Assembly: GCA_038534155.1 (NCBI GenBank)
Contig: JBCAXH010000006.1
Location: 50,829-114,828 of the forward strand
Length of the DNA stretch: 64,000 nucleotides
Reading direction: 5' to 3'
From: Pseudomonadota bacterium
GTDB taxonomy: Bacteria > Pseudomonadota > Alphaproteobacteria > Rhodobacterales > Rhodobacteraceae
Shown: piece by piece, positions 27,549 through 39,445 of the stretch
Numbering within the stretch: the first letter of the stretch is position 1
Layout of the letters: each line of letters opens with the position of its first letter
Notes under the pieces: model-generated
Told to the model about the DNA's origin: nothing
Database searches by the model: none
The model's input: only the letters and a program-made list of their open reading frames with translations
Position numbers and translations under genes: made by a program

Positions 27549-28529
27549 TCAGACGGCTTCGATCCAGCCCTCGGCGAACCCGGTCAGCGTCACTTCGGTG
27601 GCGAAGTACTGGATGACCAGATCGTCGCCGCGTACCTCTGCGCCGGTGTCGGCGCGTCCGTCCGCTTCGAGCTTGTCGAGGAAGGCTGTAAGGTCCTCTT
27701 CGCTGTCGATCAGACGCTCGCCGCGGAACTTCACGCTGTCGCCCTCGTCGAAGGAGAGGTCGGTGACGACGTCGTCGCCGTCGTTCGCCGCGAAGACGAA
27801 CCGGTCCGCGCCGTCGCCGCCCGTTTGGACGTCGTTCCCTTTCCCGCCGACCATCCGGTCGTCGCCAGCGCCGCCGTCGAGCGCGTCATCGCAGCGACCG
27901 CCCTGAAGCCGGTCCGCGCCGTCTCCGCCGAAAAGCATGTCGTCGCCGTTACCGCCGTGCAGACGATCCTCGCCCGCCTCGCCGTTCAGCACGTCGTCGC
28001 CGCCGCGACCCTTCAGCGTGTCGTCGCCGCCCGCGCCGCCGGACATGATGTTGGCGCCGCGATCGCCGAGGATGAGATCGCTGAAGAGGTTCGATCCCGT
28101 CACGTTCTCGAACCCGGTGATTTCGTTCACCTGATCGGCGGTGTTGGCGTAGCCTTTCTTCAGGTCGATCGTCAGCGGCCCGTCGATCGCGTTGAGGAGG
28201 AGCGTATCCACCCCTTCGCCGCCGTCGACGAAGTCGTCTCCATTGAAGGGATGGACAGTGTCGTCTCCGCCGCCGGCGAGGATGAACCCGTCTTCCTCCG
28301 ACCCGAAGAGGCGCTCGCCCGCATCCGTGCCGACGATGTTCTCCACATCGTTGAGCGCGAGCTCGGCCTCCCCGATCCGAACGAAGCCGATCTGGCTCGC
28401 GGGCGCATCGCCGGTCAGCGCGCCGGCGGTGGCGGCGTCGAGGTCTACGAAGACGGCTTGGTCGCCGGTCTGGAAGATATTGAGGTCGATCGTCTCGCCG
28501 TCGAAACGGCTGATATCATTGGGTCGCAT
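27549..28529 (-). CDS. RTX/hemolysin-type calcium-binding repeat protein
   Basis: Run of GGxGxDxLx nonapeptides (e.g. GGNGDDMLF, GGDGADRLQ, GGAGDDRMV, GGKGNDVQT); no N-terminal signal peptide. Confidence 0.85.
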   Translation of the reverse strand: MRPNDISRFDGETIDLNIFQTGDQAVFVDLDAATAGALTGDAPASQIGFVRIGEAELALNDVENIVGTDAGERLFGSEEDGFILAGGGDDTVHPFNGDDFVDGGEGVDTLLLNAIDGPLTIDLKKGYANTADQVNEITGFENVTGSNLFSDLILGDRGANIMSGGAGGDDTLKGRGGDDVLNGEAGEDRLHGGNGDDMLFGGDGADRLQGGRCDDALDGGAGDDRMVGGKGNDVQTGGDGADRFVFAANDGDDVVTDLSFDEGDSVKFRGERLIDSEEDLTAFLDKLEADGRADTGAEVRGDDLVIQYFATEVTLTGFAEGWIEAV

Positions 28530-28771
28530 GGGGATCCTTGCTCCGTTGGTCTTCTTTTGTCCGCTGGCCTAGCGACCCCTCGCGACCGGCGGTGACCGAT
28601 AAGTTTCGTTTTATCGGCGCTTTGGCATCCCAAGAATTGTTGCGGATGCAAATATTTCACGGCTGAAAAACTGTTGTTATTTCAATTATTTATTTGAATC
28701 ATGCGCGTGAGAGACCAAATCACCCATAGATTGTTCACGAGAAAATCGCTCGCCCAATGGTTTCGTGAGCG

Positions 28772-29368
28772 TCAGGTCGGGCGGATCATCGTCGCGACGG
28801 CGCCGAAGCCGAAGAACGGACGCATCAACGGCGTCGCTCGCCGCGCGCGGCATTCGAATCCCAATCGCAGGTAAAGCGCCTCAGCGCGGGGATTCGCATC
28901 CACGACCTCCAGCCTGAGCGCCTGCGCGCCCGCTCTCGCCGCATGGTGGGACAGCGCGTCGAGCAGCGCCTCGCCGATCCCCGCCCCCCGATGCGCGAGC
29001 GCGACGACGACGCCGTCCATCAGCATCTCACCGGGTTCCGGCGCGCGTTCGAAAAGGTCGATCAGGGGCGCGCGCCAGAGCGCGCCGGGCAGGCCGTAGG
29101 CGGCCCGCATATCGGCGAAACCGCCGCCGATGAACCCGCCCGTCTCGTCATGAAACCCGGCGAGGCCGAGCAGATCGCCTTCAGCATTCAGCGCGGCCAT
29201 CGCATTGGCCGGACGCATGACTGAGGCGAGGAACCCTTCCGCCCTTTCCCCGCGCCCGAGGATCGGGCCGAGCTTCGCGGCGAAGGCGTCGAGATAAAGC
29301 CGCGCCGCATCGGCGCGAAAGCGCTCCGGCAGGCCGACCTGAATGGCCGCGCCCGCCGGAAGGCTCAT
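28772..29368 (-). CDS. GNAT family N-acetyltransferase
   Basis: DGVVVALAHRGAGIGEALL acetyl-CoA motif, NPRAEALYLRLGF. Confidence 0.88.
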   Translation of the reverse strand: MSLPAGAAIQVGLPERFRADAARLYLDAFAAKLGPILGRGERAEGFLASVMRPANAMAALNAEGDLLGLAGFHDETGGFIGGGFADMRAAYGLPGALWRAPLIDLFERAPEPGEMLMDGVVVALAHRGAGIGEALLDALSHHAARAGAQALRLEVVDANPRAEALYLRLGFECRARRATPLMRPFFGFGAVATMIRPT

Positions 29369-29381
29369 CAGGCGGCTCCCC

Positions 29382-30482
29382 TTAAGCCGCGGCCATCTTG
29401 GCGAGGATCGCGTCGGTCATCTCGGACGTGCCGACCTTGGTGCCGCCTTCGACCGTCATCAGGTCCGGCGTGCGCAGCCCGTCGCCGAGCGCCGCATTGA
29501 CTGAGCTTTCGATCAGATCGGCCAGATCGCCCTCGTCGAAGGAGTAGCGCAGCGCCATCGCGAAGCTCAGGATGCAGGCGATCGGGTTGGCGATGCCCTG
29601 ACCTGCGATGTCGGGGGCGGAGCCGTGCACCGGCTCATAGAGCGCTTTCGGGCGCCCGTTCTCCATCGGCAGGCCGAGGGAGGCGGAGGGCAGCATCCCA
29701 AGCGAGCCGGTCAGCATCGCCGCGAGATCCGACAGCATGTCGCCGAAGAGGTTGTCGGTGACGATCACGTCGAACTGCTTGGGCCAGCGCACGAGCTGCA
29801 TGGCGCCGGCGTCGGCGTACATGTGGCTCGTCTCGACATCCGGGTATTCGGCGTCGGCGACGCGCTGCACTTCCTCGCGCCAAAGGATGCCGCTCTCCAT
29901 CACGTTGGCCTTTTCCATTGAGCAGACCTTGCCGCCCCGCTTCTTCGCCAGCTCCATCGCCGCGCGGGCGACGCGCTGGATCTCGGAGGTGGTGTAGCGC
30001 TGGGTGTTGATCCCGACCCGCTCATTACCCTCTTCGAAGATGCCGCGCGGCTCCCCGAAATAGACGCCGGAGGTCAGCTCCCGCACGATCATGATGTCGA
30101 GGCCGGAGATGATTTCGGGCTTGAGGCTGGACGCCTCCGCCAGCGCATCGAAGCACTGGGCGGGGCGCAGGTTGGCGAAGAGGTCCATCTCTTTCCGGAG
30201 GCGCAGCAGCCCGCGCTCCGGCTTCACCGAAAAGTCGAGGTTGTCGTATTTCGGTCCGCCCACGGCGCCGAGCAGAACCGCGTCCACCTCCTGCGCCTTC
30301 GCCATCGTATCGTCATGGAGCGGCGTCCCATGCGCGTCGTAGGCCGCGCCGCCCACCAGATCCTCGCTCACCTCGAACGCGACGCCTTTCTCGGCGCCGA
30401 GCCAGTCGATGACCCGGCGGACCTCCGCCATGACCTCGGGGCCGATGCCGTCGCCGGGAAGGATGAGAAGGGAATTGGTCAT
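29382..30482 (-). CDS. leuB: 3-isopropylmalate dehydrogenase
   Basis: [58 protein letters not shown]. Confidence 0.97.
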   Translation of the reverse strand: MTNSLLILPGDGIGPEVMAEVRRVIDWLGAEKGVAFEVSEDLVGGAAYDAHGTPLHDDTMAKAQEVDAVLLGAVGGPKYDNLDFSVKPERGLLRLRKEMDLFANLRPAQCFDALAEASSLKPEIISGLDIMIVRELTSGVYFGEPRGIFEEGNERVGINTQRYTTSEIQRVARAAMELAKKRGGKVCSMEKANVMESGILWREEVQRVADAEYPDVETSHMYADAGAMQLVRWPKQFDVIVTDNLFGDMLSDLAAMLTGSLGMLPSASLGLPMENGRPKALYEPVHGSAPDIAGQGIANPIACILSFAMALRYSFDEGDLADLIESSVNAALGDGLRTPDLMTVEGGTKVGTSEMTDAILAKMAAA

Positions 30483-30557
30483 GGCCGTCGCTCCTGTCTT
30501 TTCGTTGGCTCGCGGGTAGCGAAGGGGCGCGGGAGCGTCAAGCGGCGCCGTCCTAGA

Positions 30558-31439
30558 TCAGACCCCCGTCTCGGCCGCGAGCAGCGCCAACGCCTCCGTC
30601 GCCGCGACGGAGTTGCCGAACCGGTCGAGCGGCGGCGACCAGGCGCAGGCGACGTAGCCTCTCGCCGGATTCACGGCGAGGATGCCGCCGCCGACCCCGG
30701 ATTTCGCCGGCAGACCCACGCGGTAGGCGAATTCCCCCGACTGGTCGTAAAGTCCGCAGGTGCGCATGATCGCGCGCAGGCGCTGCGCATGCCCAGAGGG
30801 CCCCGGAGCGTCGGGAGAAATCAGAAACCGCCCCGCCCGCGCCAGCGCCCGCGCCGACATGGCGAGGGAGCAGAAGCCGAAATACGCCTCCGTCACCGCA
30901 AGCGGATCGCCGCGAAGGTTGCCCTTCGCCTTAAGGAGAAACGCCGCCGCCCGGTTCATGTCGCCCGTGGCGATCTCCGAGAGGTGGACCTCCGCTTCAT
31001 AGTCGACGCCCGCATCGCCCGACATGTCCCGCAGCCGATCCCGCATATGCGCCGCGATCTCCGGATCATCGTCCAAGAGCGCGTCCGCCACGACGATGGC
31101 GCCGGCGTTGATGAACGGATTGCGCGGCACCCCGGCCTCCGTCTCCAGCTGAATGACGGAGTTGAAGCGCATCCCCGAAGGCTCCCGCTTCACCCGCTCC
31201 CAAAGCGGGTCGCCGACCCGCTCCATCGCGAAACAGAGCGCGAAGAGCTTGGAGATCGACTGGATGGAGAACGGCTCCTCCGCGTCGCCCACGGCGAACT
31301 CCTCGCCATCGGCGGTGACGACGGCGAGCGCGAATTTGGCGGGATCTATGGCCGCGAGCGCGGGAATATAGGCGGCGTTCGCGCCCTGGCCGGCGGAGGG
31401 CCGGGCCCGCGCGGCGATCTTGTTGAGCAATTCCCGCAA
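30558..31439 (-). CDS. glsA: Glutaminase
   Basis: YIPALA, FSIQSISK (catalytic SxxK), PRNPFINAGAI, TCGLYDQSG, PAKSGVGGGI. Confidence 0.92.
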   Translation of the reverse strand: MRELLNKIAARARPSAGQGANAAYIPALAAIDPAKFALAVVTADGEEFAVGDAEEPFSIQSISKLFALCFAMERVGDPLWERVKREPSGMRFNSVIQLETEAGVPRNPFINAGAIVVADALLDDDPEIAAHMRDRLRDMSGDAGVDYEAEVHLSEIATGDMNRAAAFLLKAKGNLRGDPLAVTEAYFGFCSLAMSARALARAGRFLISPDAPGPSGHAQRLRAIMRTCGLYDQSGEFAYRVGLPAKSGVGGGILAVNPARGYVACAWSPPLDRFGNSVAATEALALLAAETGV

Positions 31440-31515
31440 ATCGCGTCCCTTCTGCTAGACTGTTTCGACACTCGCGCGCGCGGACGAGGCGCGCAAGGCT
31501 GCGGGAGACGCTGAT

Positions 31516-31857
31516 ATGGAATGGTCGGATATCGTCGCCTTAGGCGGCGAGTTTCCCGAGATGGTCGCATCAACGTCTTATGGAACGCCCGCATTGAAAG
31601 TCGGGAAGGCGTTGGTGATCAGGCTCAGGGAAGACGGCGACGGCCTTGTTCTTTTCGACGTCCCGCATGAAGAGCGCGAACTGCTGATGGCGGCGGAACC
31701 GGAGATTTTCCACCTAACGCCCCACTACGAAGACTACGCGATCGTCTTGGCGCGGATGAGCGTCATCACGCCTGACCGCCTAAGGCTCTTCATAGAGCGC
31801 CGCTGGCGCGCCAGAGCCCCGAAACGCGCGATCAAGGCGCTGACCGCAGACCGCTAG
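31516..31857 (+). CDS. MmcQ/YjbR family protein
   Basis: TSYGTPALKV, EREL L...EPE.F..TPHY..Y..VL.R pattern. Confidence 0.75.
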   Translation: MEWSDIVALGGEFPEMVASTSYGTPALKVGKALVIRLREDGDGLVLFDVPHEERELLMAAEPEIFHLTPHYEDYAIVLARMSVITPDRLRLFIERRWRARAPKRAIKALTADR

Positions 31858-31869
31858 CCGCTCCGCTCA

Positions 31870-31903
31870 TCTTCTTCGCTCTCCAAATATCCCCGCCGGA
31901 GGC
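31870..31903 (+). repeat. Dispersed intergenic repeat, copy 2
   Basis: TCTTCTTCGCTCTCCAAATATCCCCGCCGGAGGC; 24/34 identical to the reverse complement of 41344-41377, last 12 nt identical. Confidence 0.65.
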
Positions 31904-32026
31904 GTCCGCCATCGCCAACCGGTCGGATCCGATCCAGTGACGCGCGACCGCGCCGTATAGCGCACCCGGCGAGACGGCGAGCGAAGCGAGGACGAGCCGC
32001 TGGATCGCGCCGAAGGCGTGAAATCC

Positions 32027-32677
32027 TCAGCGGTTGCGCGGCGCGCGCCAGCTTGCGGCGATCGCCTCTCGCTCGCTGCAAAACCACCTCTCGCCCCGCG
32101 CCGCGCTGATCCGGGTGCGGTTGTAGTACCGCGACCAGGGCGGATGGTGGATCTTGCCGTTGGCGGAGATATTGCCCTTGATCGCGCAGCCCTCAGGCGC
32201 TTGCTGAGCGGCGACGCGCCAGCGTTTCGCGCGGTAGTCCCATGGCGCTTCCCTCACCCCCCGCCAAACGCCGCGACGCTCAGCGCGCGCCTGCGCTTCG
32301 TGGCGCACATAGTCTTCGGCGTATTTGACGAAGGCCCAGGCCATGCCGCTTTCGACCATTGCCGCGCCGACATCCACGTCGCCCGCGAAACACTTCGCGA
32401 CGGTGCGCCCGAGGCCGTCATCTTCAAGCGGCTCGCACCTCAGGTCGCGCCCCAGTGTCAGATCCGTCAGTTTTTCCGTGGCGCGGGCGCCGCATGGCCA
32501 TTCATCGTCGCCCGCGCCGCAGCGTTGCCCGCGCTCCGGCGCGTCGATCCCGTGGATGCGATAGCGCGTGTCGCCGATGTCCAGCGTGTCGCCGTCGATC
32601 ACCCGCGCGGTCCCGGCCTGCGCCGGACTGGCCGAAAGCAGGCAAAGCAATATCAGACTGAAGAGCGTGCGCGTCAT
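32027..32677 (-). CDS. Thermonuclease (SNase-like) family protein
   Basis: Signal peptide, VIDGDT, RIHGIDAPE, D.LGR.VA, C-terminal CAIKGNIS...GERWFCSE.EA. Confidence 0.88.
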   Translation of the reverse strand: MTRTLFSLILLCLLSASPAQAGTARVIDGDTLDIGDTRYRIHGIDAPERGQRCGAGDDEWPCGARATEKLTDLTLGRDLRCEPLEDDGLGRTVAKCFAGDVDVGAAMVESGMAWAFVKYAEDYVRHEAQARAERRGVWRGVREAPWDYRAKRWRVAAQQAPEGCAIKGNISANGKIHHPPWSRYYNRTRISAARGERWFCSEREAIAASWRAPRNR

Positions 32678-32737
32678 GGCGGAGGAGATAGCCAGCCGCC
32701 GCGCTCACGTTAACCTTTATGAACAAATTAACTTACG

Positions 32738-32775
32738 AAAAATGAAAAGGCCGCCTCCCCAAAGGGAAGGCGGCC
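32738..32775 (-). terminator. Intrinsic terminator of groESL
   Basis: Minus strand GGCCGCCTTCCC-TTTG-GGGAGGCGGCC-TTTTCATTTTT. Confidence 0.8.
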
Positions 32776-32814
32776 CCTCACTGTCCCTGGACGTCTCGCC
32801 CAGAGGCGGCTGGC

Positions 32815-34482
<1,668 letters not shown>

Positions 34483-34506
34483 TCAGAGAGATCTCGACGC
34501 GGCCGA

Positions 34507-34794
34507 TCAGGCCATTTTACCGAGGATGTCGCTCTCTTTCATGATGAGCAGCTCTTCGCCGTCGACCTTGACCTCGGTGCCCGACCACTTGCCGAACAGG
34601 ATCTTGTCGCCGGCGGAGACCGCCATCGGGATCAGCTCGCCGCTGTCCTTGCGCGCGCCTTCGCCGCAAGACACGACCTCGCCCTCCTGGGGCTTCTCTT
34701 TGGCGCTGTCGGGAATGATGAGGCCGCCAGCGGTTTTCTCGTCGCCTTCGGTGCGGCGGACCAGCACGCGATCGTGCAGGGGAGTGAACGCCAT
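34507..34794 (-). CDS. groS: Co-chaperonin GroES
   Basis: Start moved to ATG 34794: [35 protein letters not shown]. Confidence 0.98.
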   Translation of the reverse strand: MAFTPLHDRVLVRRTEGDEKTAGGLIIPDSAKEKPQEGEVVSCGEGARKDSGELIPMAVSAGDKILFGKWSGTEVKVDGEELLIMKESDILGKMA

Positions 34795-34848
34795 GTTAGT
34801 CGCTCCTGATGGTTCCGTTGTTTTCACTGCGGGAGGCTGATTGTCGCG

Positions 34849-34875
34849 TTAGCACTCGCCTCCCATGAGTGCTAA
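34849..34875. promoter_or_regulatory. CIRCE element (HrcA operator)
   Basis: Exact TTAGCACTC-N9-GAGTGCTAA upstream of groES. Confidence 0.97.
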
Positions 34876-34886
34876 CGACGCCGCGG

Positions 34887-34915
34887 AGGTAAGGAACGCG
34901 CGCCCCTGCGTCAAC
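34887..34915 (-). promoter_or_regulatory. Putative sigma32 (RpoH) promoter of groESL
   Basis: Minus strand GTTG-N17-CCTTACCT just upstream of CIRCE. Confidence 0.55.
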
Positions 34916-35083
34916 AGCGCCTATGCGAAAATCTGCAAAAAGACGCGCCGCCCCAGTGTGGGAGGCGGCGCTTGGCGAAGAGCCGGTCGTTCTATGTTGG
35001 CGAGCGGGATCCTCGCATCGAGGACGCCGCGAAAGACGCCCCCTCGTCGGGCGCCCTAGGCGGCGACCCTCTCTCGCGCTGAT

Positions 35084-35374
35084 CTAATGAATCGAAGCGA
35101 CGGTTCCCGCGATGCGGAATTCCGCCGGCTTGATCAGCTCGGCGCTGGCGATCTTCACGGAGTGGAGCGGGCCGTCCAGTTCGCGTTCCCAGAAGGCCAG
35201 GAACTTTTTCAGGACGGGAAAGCGCGGGGCCATGTCGTAATCCTGCCAAAGGTAGGTTTGCAGCAGGCTCTGCGCGTCGGGAAGCCGATAGGTGATTTCG
35301 GCGGTGGTGAGGGAATACCCCTCAAGCTGGCGAACGAATTCAGGATCTGCCTTACGCATATTCAGATCTCGCAT
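35084..35374 (-). CDS. usg: Usg family protein
   Basis: Start moved to ATG 35374 (RBS AAGGAG); GYSLTTAEITYRLPD...LLQTYLWQDYD.AP.FP.L.KFL.FW..ELDGPLHSV. Confidence 0.9.
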   Translation of the reverse strand: MRDLNMRKADPEFVRQLEGYSLTTAEITYRLPDAQSLLQTYLWQDYDMAPRFPVLKKFLAFWERELDGPLHSVKIASAELIKPAEFRIAGTVASIH

Positions 35375-35588
35375 GTCTCCTTCTAATGCCTCGCGCGGCC
35401 GCTCCGGCGCGTGTTCCAGCGCAGGCCCGAAGCGGCGCGGTAGGATGAGGATGGCAGAGATTCGTTTCGATTTCCTAGCTTGCGCATCGCTTTTCGCATC
35501 TGCACAATTCGCGCTCCGCTTCGCCTTGGCGCCATGGCCTTTCACGCGACGCGCCCGTAAGACGGCGCTCTAGAGGAGGCCGCCCCAC

Positions 35589-36452
35589 ATGACTGAAATC
35601 ATCAGATCCTTCGCCGATATCTCCGACCGGTACGACGCCGTGCTCTGCGATGTCTGGGGGTGCTTTCACAACGGCGTCTCTCCCTTGCCCGGCGCCGTCG
35701 CGGCGCTGCAGGCCTATCGCCGGCGGGGCGGGACGGTGGCGCTGCTGACGAATGCGCCGCGCCCCGAAACCGCCGTTCTCCTGCAACTTCAGCGCATGAA
35801 GGCCCCCGAAGACGCATGGGACCTGATCGTCTCCTCCGGCGGCGCCGCGCGGGATGCGGTTCGGCGTGGCGAGTGGGGCAAAAAGGTCTTCCATATCGGA
35901 ACGCCCGGGCGCGACGACGCCTTCTTCGACGGCGCCGAGGTAGAGCGCGTGTCGCTTGAGGAGGCGGAGAGCATCGTCTGCACTGGCCTCGTCGACGACG
36001 TGACGGAGGTTCCCTCCGACTACGAAGACCTGCTGACGGAGGCGCATCTGCGCCGCCTCCGGTTCCTCTGCGCCAATCCCGATCTCGTCGTCGATGTGGG
36101 CGATCAGCGCCGATACTGCGCCGGGTCGCTCGCCGCGATGTATCGGGAGAAGGGCGGAGAGGTGATGGAGTACGGCAAGCCCCATCCGCAGATCTACGAC
36201 TACGCCCGGATGCGGCTCGCGGAGACGATGGGGCGGGAGATCGACCCGTCGCGCCTCCTCTGCATCGGCGACGGGGTGCTGACGGATGTTCGGGGCGCCA
36301 TCGGGCAGGACCTCGATAGCCTTTTCATCACCGCCGGTCTGGCGGCGGAGGAGGTGAACGGGTCGGACGGCGCGCCCGACCCCGCGAAACTGGTCGCTTT
36401 TTCCGAACGGCACATGCTTTCGCCGCGCTGGGCGATGGGCCTGCTGGAATAG
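35589..36452 (+). CDS. HAD-IIA hydrolase (TIGR01459-like)
   Basis: CDVWGCFHNG, LTNAPRP, CANPDLVV, YGKPH..IY, IGDG..TD. Confidence 0.9.
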   Translation: MTEIIRSFADISDRYDAVLCDVWGCFHNGVSPLPGAVAALQAYRRRGGTVALLTNAPRPETAVLLQLQRMKAPEDAWDLIVSSGGAARDAVRRGEWGKKVFHIGTPGRDDAFFDGAEVERVSLEEAESIVCTGLVDDVTEVPSDYEDLLTEAHLRRLRFLCANPDLVVDVGDQRRYCAGSLAAMYREKGGEVMEYGKPHPQIYDYARMRLAETMGREIDPSRLLCIGDGVLTDVRGAIGQDLDSLFITAGLAAEEVNGSDGAPDPAKLVAFSERHMLSPRWAMGLLE

Positions 36453-36687
36453 GCTGCGCCGAGGCGTCCCCATGGGGACATGGACTTAACCCACTGAAGT
36501 ATCTAGAAAAGTCGTGAGGGCGCTGCGGGCGGCCTTGGTCCGCACGCCTCACAGAAGTTTCCTTTCCGAAATTTTCGAGTAACAAAATTAGCTATCGCCG
36601 CTTCATGTCGCAAAATTGTTGCTCTTAATTCTTGCCACGTCGCTTTGAGGGCGCTACCTCCTTCGCAGACGCAGCAAGGAGCGCGAC

Positions 36688-37146
36688 ATGTACGATTCGA
36701 ACGGTCTGGACGAAATCCAGCGCGGCACGATCTGCATCGAGGATATCGAGATCGGCATGACCCGCCATTTGCGGAAGGTCATCGACGATAGCGACATCGA
36801 GCTCTTCGGCCGCGTCTCAACCGACCGCAACCCGGTGCATTTCGACGACGAGTACGCGCGGGACACGATCTTCGGCGGGCGCATCGCCCACGGGATGCTG
36901 ACCGCCGGCCTGATCTCCGCCGTGATCGGGGAGCAGCTGCCGGGCCACGGCACGATCTACATGAAGCAGTCGCTCGCCTTCCTCGCGCCGGTCCGTCCGG
37001 GCGATGAAGTGATCGCCGAAGTCAGCGTCGTCGACATGGATTACGCCAAGCGCCGCGTCAGTCTTGCCTGCAAATGCTCCGTGGGCGATACGGTCGTCCT
37101 CAAAGGAGAGGCGCTGGTTCTGGCGCCCTCCGCCAAGTTCGACTGA
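36688..37146 (+). CDS. MaoC/PhaJ family (R)-specific enoyl-CoA hydratase
   Basis: STDRNPVHFD..YA..T.FGGRIAHGML.A.LISAV.G..LPG.GTIY. Confidence 0.88.
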   Translation: MYDSNGLDEIQRGTICIEDIEIGMTRHLRKVIDDSDIELFGRVSTDRNPVHFDDEYARDTIFGGRIAHGMLTAGLISAVIGEQLPGHGTIYMKQSLAFLAPVRPGDEVIAEVSVVDMDYAKRRVSLACKCSVGDTVVLKGEALVLAPSAKFD

Positions 37147-37184
37147 CGAGCGGCCTCGCGCCGCAAGAGGAGCGGCGAGGGGCG

Positions 37185-38123
37185 ATGCGGATCATCGAAG
37201 GCCTGGACGCGGTTCGCGAGGACGATCGCGGCGCTTCGGCGGCCATCGGCAATTTCGACGGCGTGCATCGCGGCCATCAGGCCGTTCTCGACCTCGCCCG
37301 CCGTGAAGACGCGCCGCTCGGCGTCGTCACGTTCGAACCCCACCCCCGCGAGGTTTTCGCCCCCGACGCGCCGCCCTTCCGCCTGATGCGCATCGGCGCG
37401 CGCGCCGACAGGCTGGCGGAGTTGGGGGTCGAACGGCTCTTCGTCATTCCCTTCGCCAAGGACTTCTCCTCCCTCACGGCTGAGGAATTCTGCGCCGACG
37501 TGATCGCCGGTAAGCTCGGCCTCACCCATGTCGTCGTCGGCGCCGATTTTCGCTTCGGCGCCAAACGCGCTGGCGATGTCGACTATCTGAAGGCGGCCGG
37601 CGCGCGGCTCGGCTTCGACGTCACCATCGCCGACCTGATCGCGGACCCGGAGACGGAGATCTCCTCCACCGCCATCCGCGCCGCGCTCTCTGAGGGCCGT
37701 GTGGAGGACGCGACGCGCATCCTCGGCCACCTCCACCGGATCGAGGGCGAGGTTGAGCATGGGGAGAAGCGTGGGCGCGAGTTCGGCTTCCCGACGATCA
37801 ACCAGTCGCTAGACGGGCTGATGACGCCGCGCTTCGGCGTCTACGCCGTGAAGGTCCATGTGAAGGACGGCCCCCATGCGGGCGACTATCGCGGCGTCGC
37901 CTCGCTCGGCGTGCGGCCGATGTTCGGGGAGAACAAGCCGAATTTAGAGACCTACATCCTCGACTTCGAGGGCGACCTCTACGGTGCGCGCGTCTCCATC
38001 GGGTTGGTGAAATTTCAGCGTCCCGAGCTTAAGTTCGACGGGGTGGACGCGCTGATCGCGCAAATGAACGAGGACAAGGCGGAGGCGCGCCGGATCCTCG
38101 CGAATGCTACTGGGGTGGAGTGA
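37185..38123 (+). CDS. ribF: Bifunctional riboflavin kinase / FAD synthetase
   Basis: Start moved to ATG 37185; IGNFDGVHRGH, TFEPHP, VGADFRFG, ISSTAIR, GREFGFPT, LETYILDF. Confidence 0.96.
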   Translation: MRIIEGLDAVREDDRGASAAIGNFDGVHRGHQAVLDLARREDAPLGVVTFEPHPREVFAPDAPPFRLMRIGARADRLAELGVERLFVIPFAKDFSSLTAEEFCADVIAGKLGLTHVVVGADFRFGAKRAGDVDYLKAAGARLGFDVTIADLIADPETEISSTAIRAALSEGRVEDATRILGHLHRIEGEVEHGEKRGREFGFPTINQSLDGLMTPRFGVYAVKVHVKDGPHAGDYRGVASLGVRPMFGENKPNLETYILDFEGDLYGARVSIGLVKFQRPELKFDGVDALIAQMNEDKAEARRILANATGVE

Positions 38124-38126
38124 GTC

Positions 38127-38930
38127 ATGACGGCTGTTCGCGTCGCTATCTTCAACATCGTCTTTTACGCCGTGACCTTCGTCTGGGCGATGTACATCGC
38201 CGGCGCCTGCCTGATCGTCTCCGGCGACAGCATCCGCGCCAAGATCGCCCGCTGGTGCCGCTGGACCCAGTGGTGGGTGCGGACCTTCCTCGGCGCGAAG
38301 ATCGAAGTGCGCGGGCGGGAGAACCTGCCCGACGGCCCCTACATCATCGCGCCTAAGCACCAGTCGGAACTGGATGTTGCGGTGATCTTCGGCAACCACA
38401 GCGATTGCGGCGCGGTGGTGATGAAGGAGCTTGGCGATCTCCCTTTCCTCGGCGCGCTGATCCGCAAGCTGGACCTGATCACCGTCAGCGTGGAGGGCGG
38501 GCCGCAGGGCATGACCGATATGATCAAGGCGGGCGCGGCCAAGGTCGCGGGGCAGGGACGGCCGATCCTGATCTACCCGGAAGGGGAGCTGATGGCCCTC
38601 GGCGCCCGCGAGCGGTACAAGTCGGGCGTCTATCACATGCATGTGGCGTCCGGCCTGCCCGTGATCCCGGTGGCGCAGTCGCTGGGCGCGATTTGGCCGA
38701 AACGCGAATGGATGAAGAAGCCGGGCCATACCGGCGCGATCGAATACCTCCCCGCCATGCCCGAGGGCTTGGACAAGGACGCGTTCCTGGCGGAACTGGA
38801 AGAGCGGATCGAGAACGGGGCCATGGCGCTGATCCGCGAGCACGCGACGGGCGAGGAACTCGCGTTGGCGGAAGATCGCTTCGCGAAGAAGGCGAACAAC
38901 GCCGGCGTGCCGAAGGACGAAGCGGCCTAG
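38127..38930 (+). CDS. Lysophospholipid acyltransferase (PlsC family)
   Basis: PKHQSELD (HxxxxD), LIYPEG, PVIPVA. Confidence 0.88.
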   Translation: MTAVRVAIFNIVFYAVTFVWAMYIAGACLIVSGDSIRAKIARWCRWTQWWVRTFLGAKIEVRGRENLPDGPYIIAPKHQSELDVAVIFGNHSDCGAVVMKELGDLPFLGALIRKLDLITVSVEGGPQGMTDMIKAGAAKVAGQGRPILIYPEGELMALGARERYKSGVYHMHVASGLPVIPVAQSLGAIWPKREWMKKPGHTGAIEYLPAMPEGLDKDAFLAELEERIENGAMALIREHATGEELALAEDRFAKKANNAGVPKDEAA

Positions 38931-39367
38931 AGCCTTAGCGCCCTTGCGAACATCTCTCGGTCGCCGTCGACGCTGAGCGCGGCCGCCGCGACCTCTAAAT
39001 CCATCCAGACGGGCTGATGATCGGGTTCGATCGGATCAGCGACGCGCCGCCCGGCGCGGCAGAGGTAGATGTGGCAGATCTTCTCCGCCCAGAGGTCGTA
39101 TTCCGGCATGTAGACGAAGCGCTTGTAGGTCCCGACCCGGCGGGTGATCGCGATGCGCCAGCCGGTCTCCTCCATCGCTTCGCGATGAAGCGCGCGGACC
39201 GGGGTCTCAAAAGGATCGATCCCGCCGCCGGGGAGGGCGACTTCCTCTCCCGGGCATTCGTTGAGCGCGATCAGCGCGCGGCCGCGATCATCCAGGATGA
39301 CGCCATAGGCGCCGGGGCGGCGGCGGTAGGCGATGTCGGAAAGGGGGCGTTCGCCGAAACGTCTCAT
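38927..39367 (-). CDS. NUDIX hydrolase
   Basis: LPGGGIDPFE..VRALHREAMEETGW Nudix box. Confidence 0.92.
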   Translation of the reverse strand: MRRFGERPLSDIAYRRRPGAYGVILDDRGRALIALNECPGEEVALPGGGIDPFETPVRALHREAMEETGWRIAITRRVGTYKRFVYMPEYDLWAEKICHIYLCRAGRRVADPIEPDHQPVWMDLEVAAAALSVDGDREMFARALRL

Positions 39368-39445
39368 CCCCGCCGCCTAGCATGGTTTGCGCAGCTGGGC
39401 GAACCAGTTTAGGGGGAGCGCGCAGCCAGAACCGGACGATCCGAC

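Noticed and set aside
34849-34915. CIRCE plus sigma32 dual control of groESL
   Set aside because: Real but well established in alphaproteobacteria; listed as features only.
35375-35545. N-terminal extension of Usg
   Set aside because: A good RBS (AAGGAG) precedes ATG 35374, and the family motif begins shortly after it.
36600-36635. PhaR-like TGC-N-GCA site upstream of the MaoC/PhaJ gene
   Set aside because: TGTCGCA and TGTTGCT are short and imperfect; not distinguishable from chance by eye.
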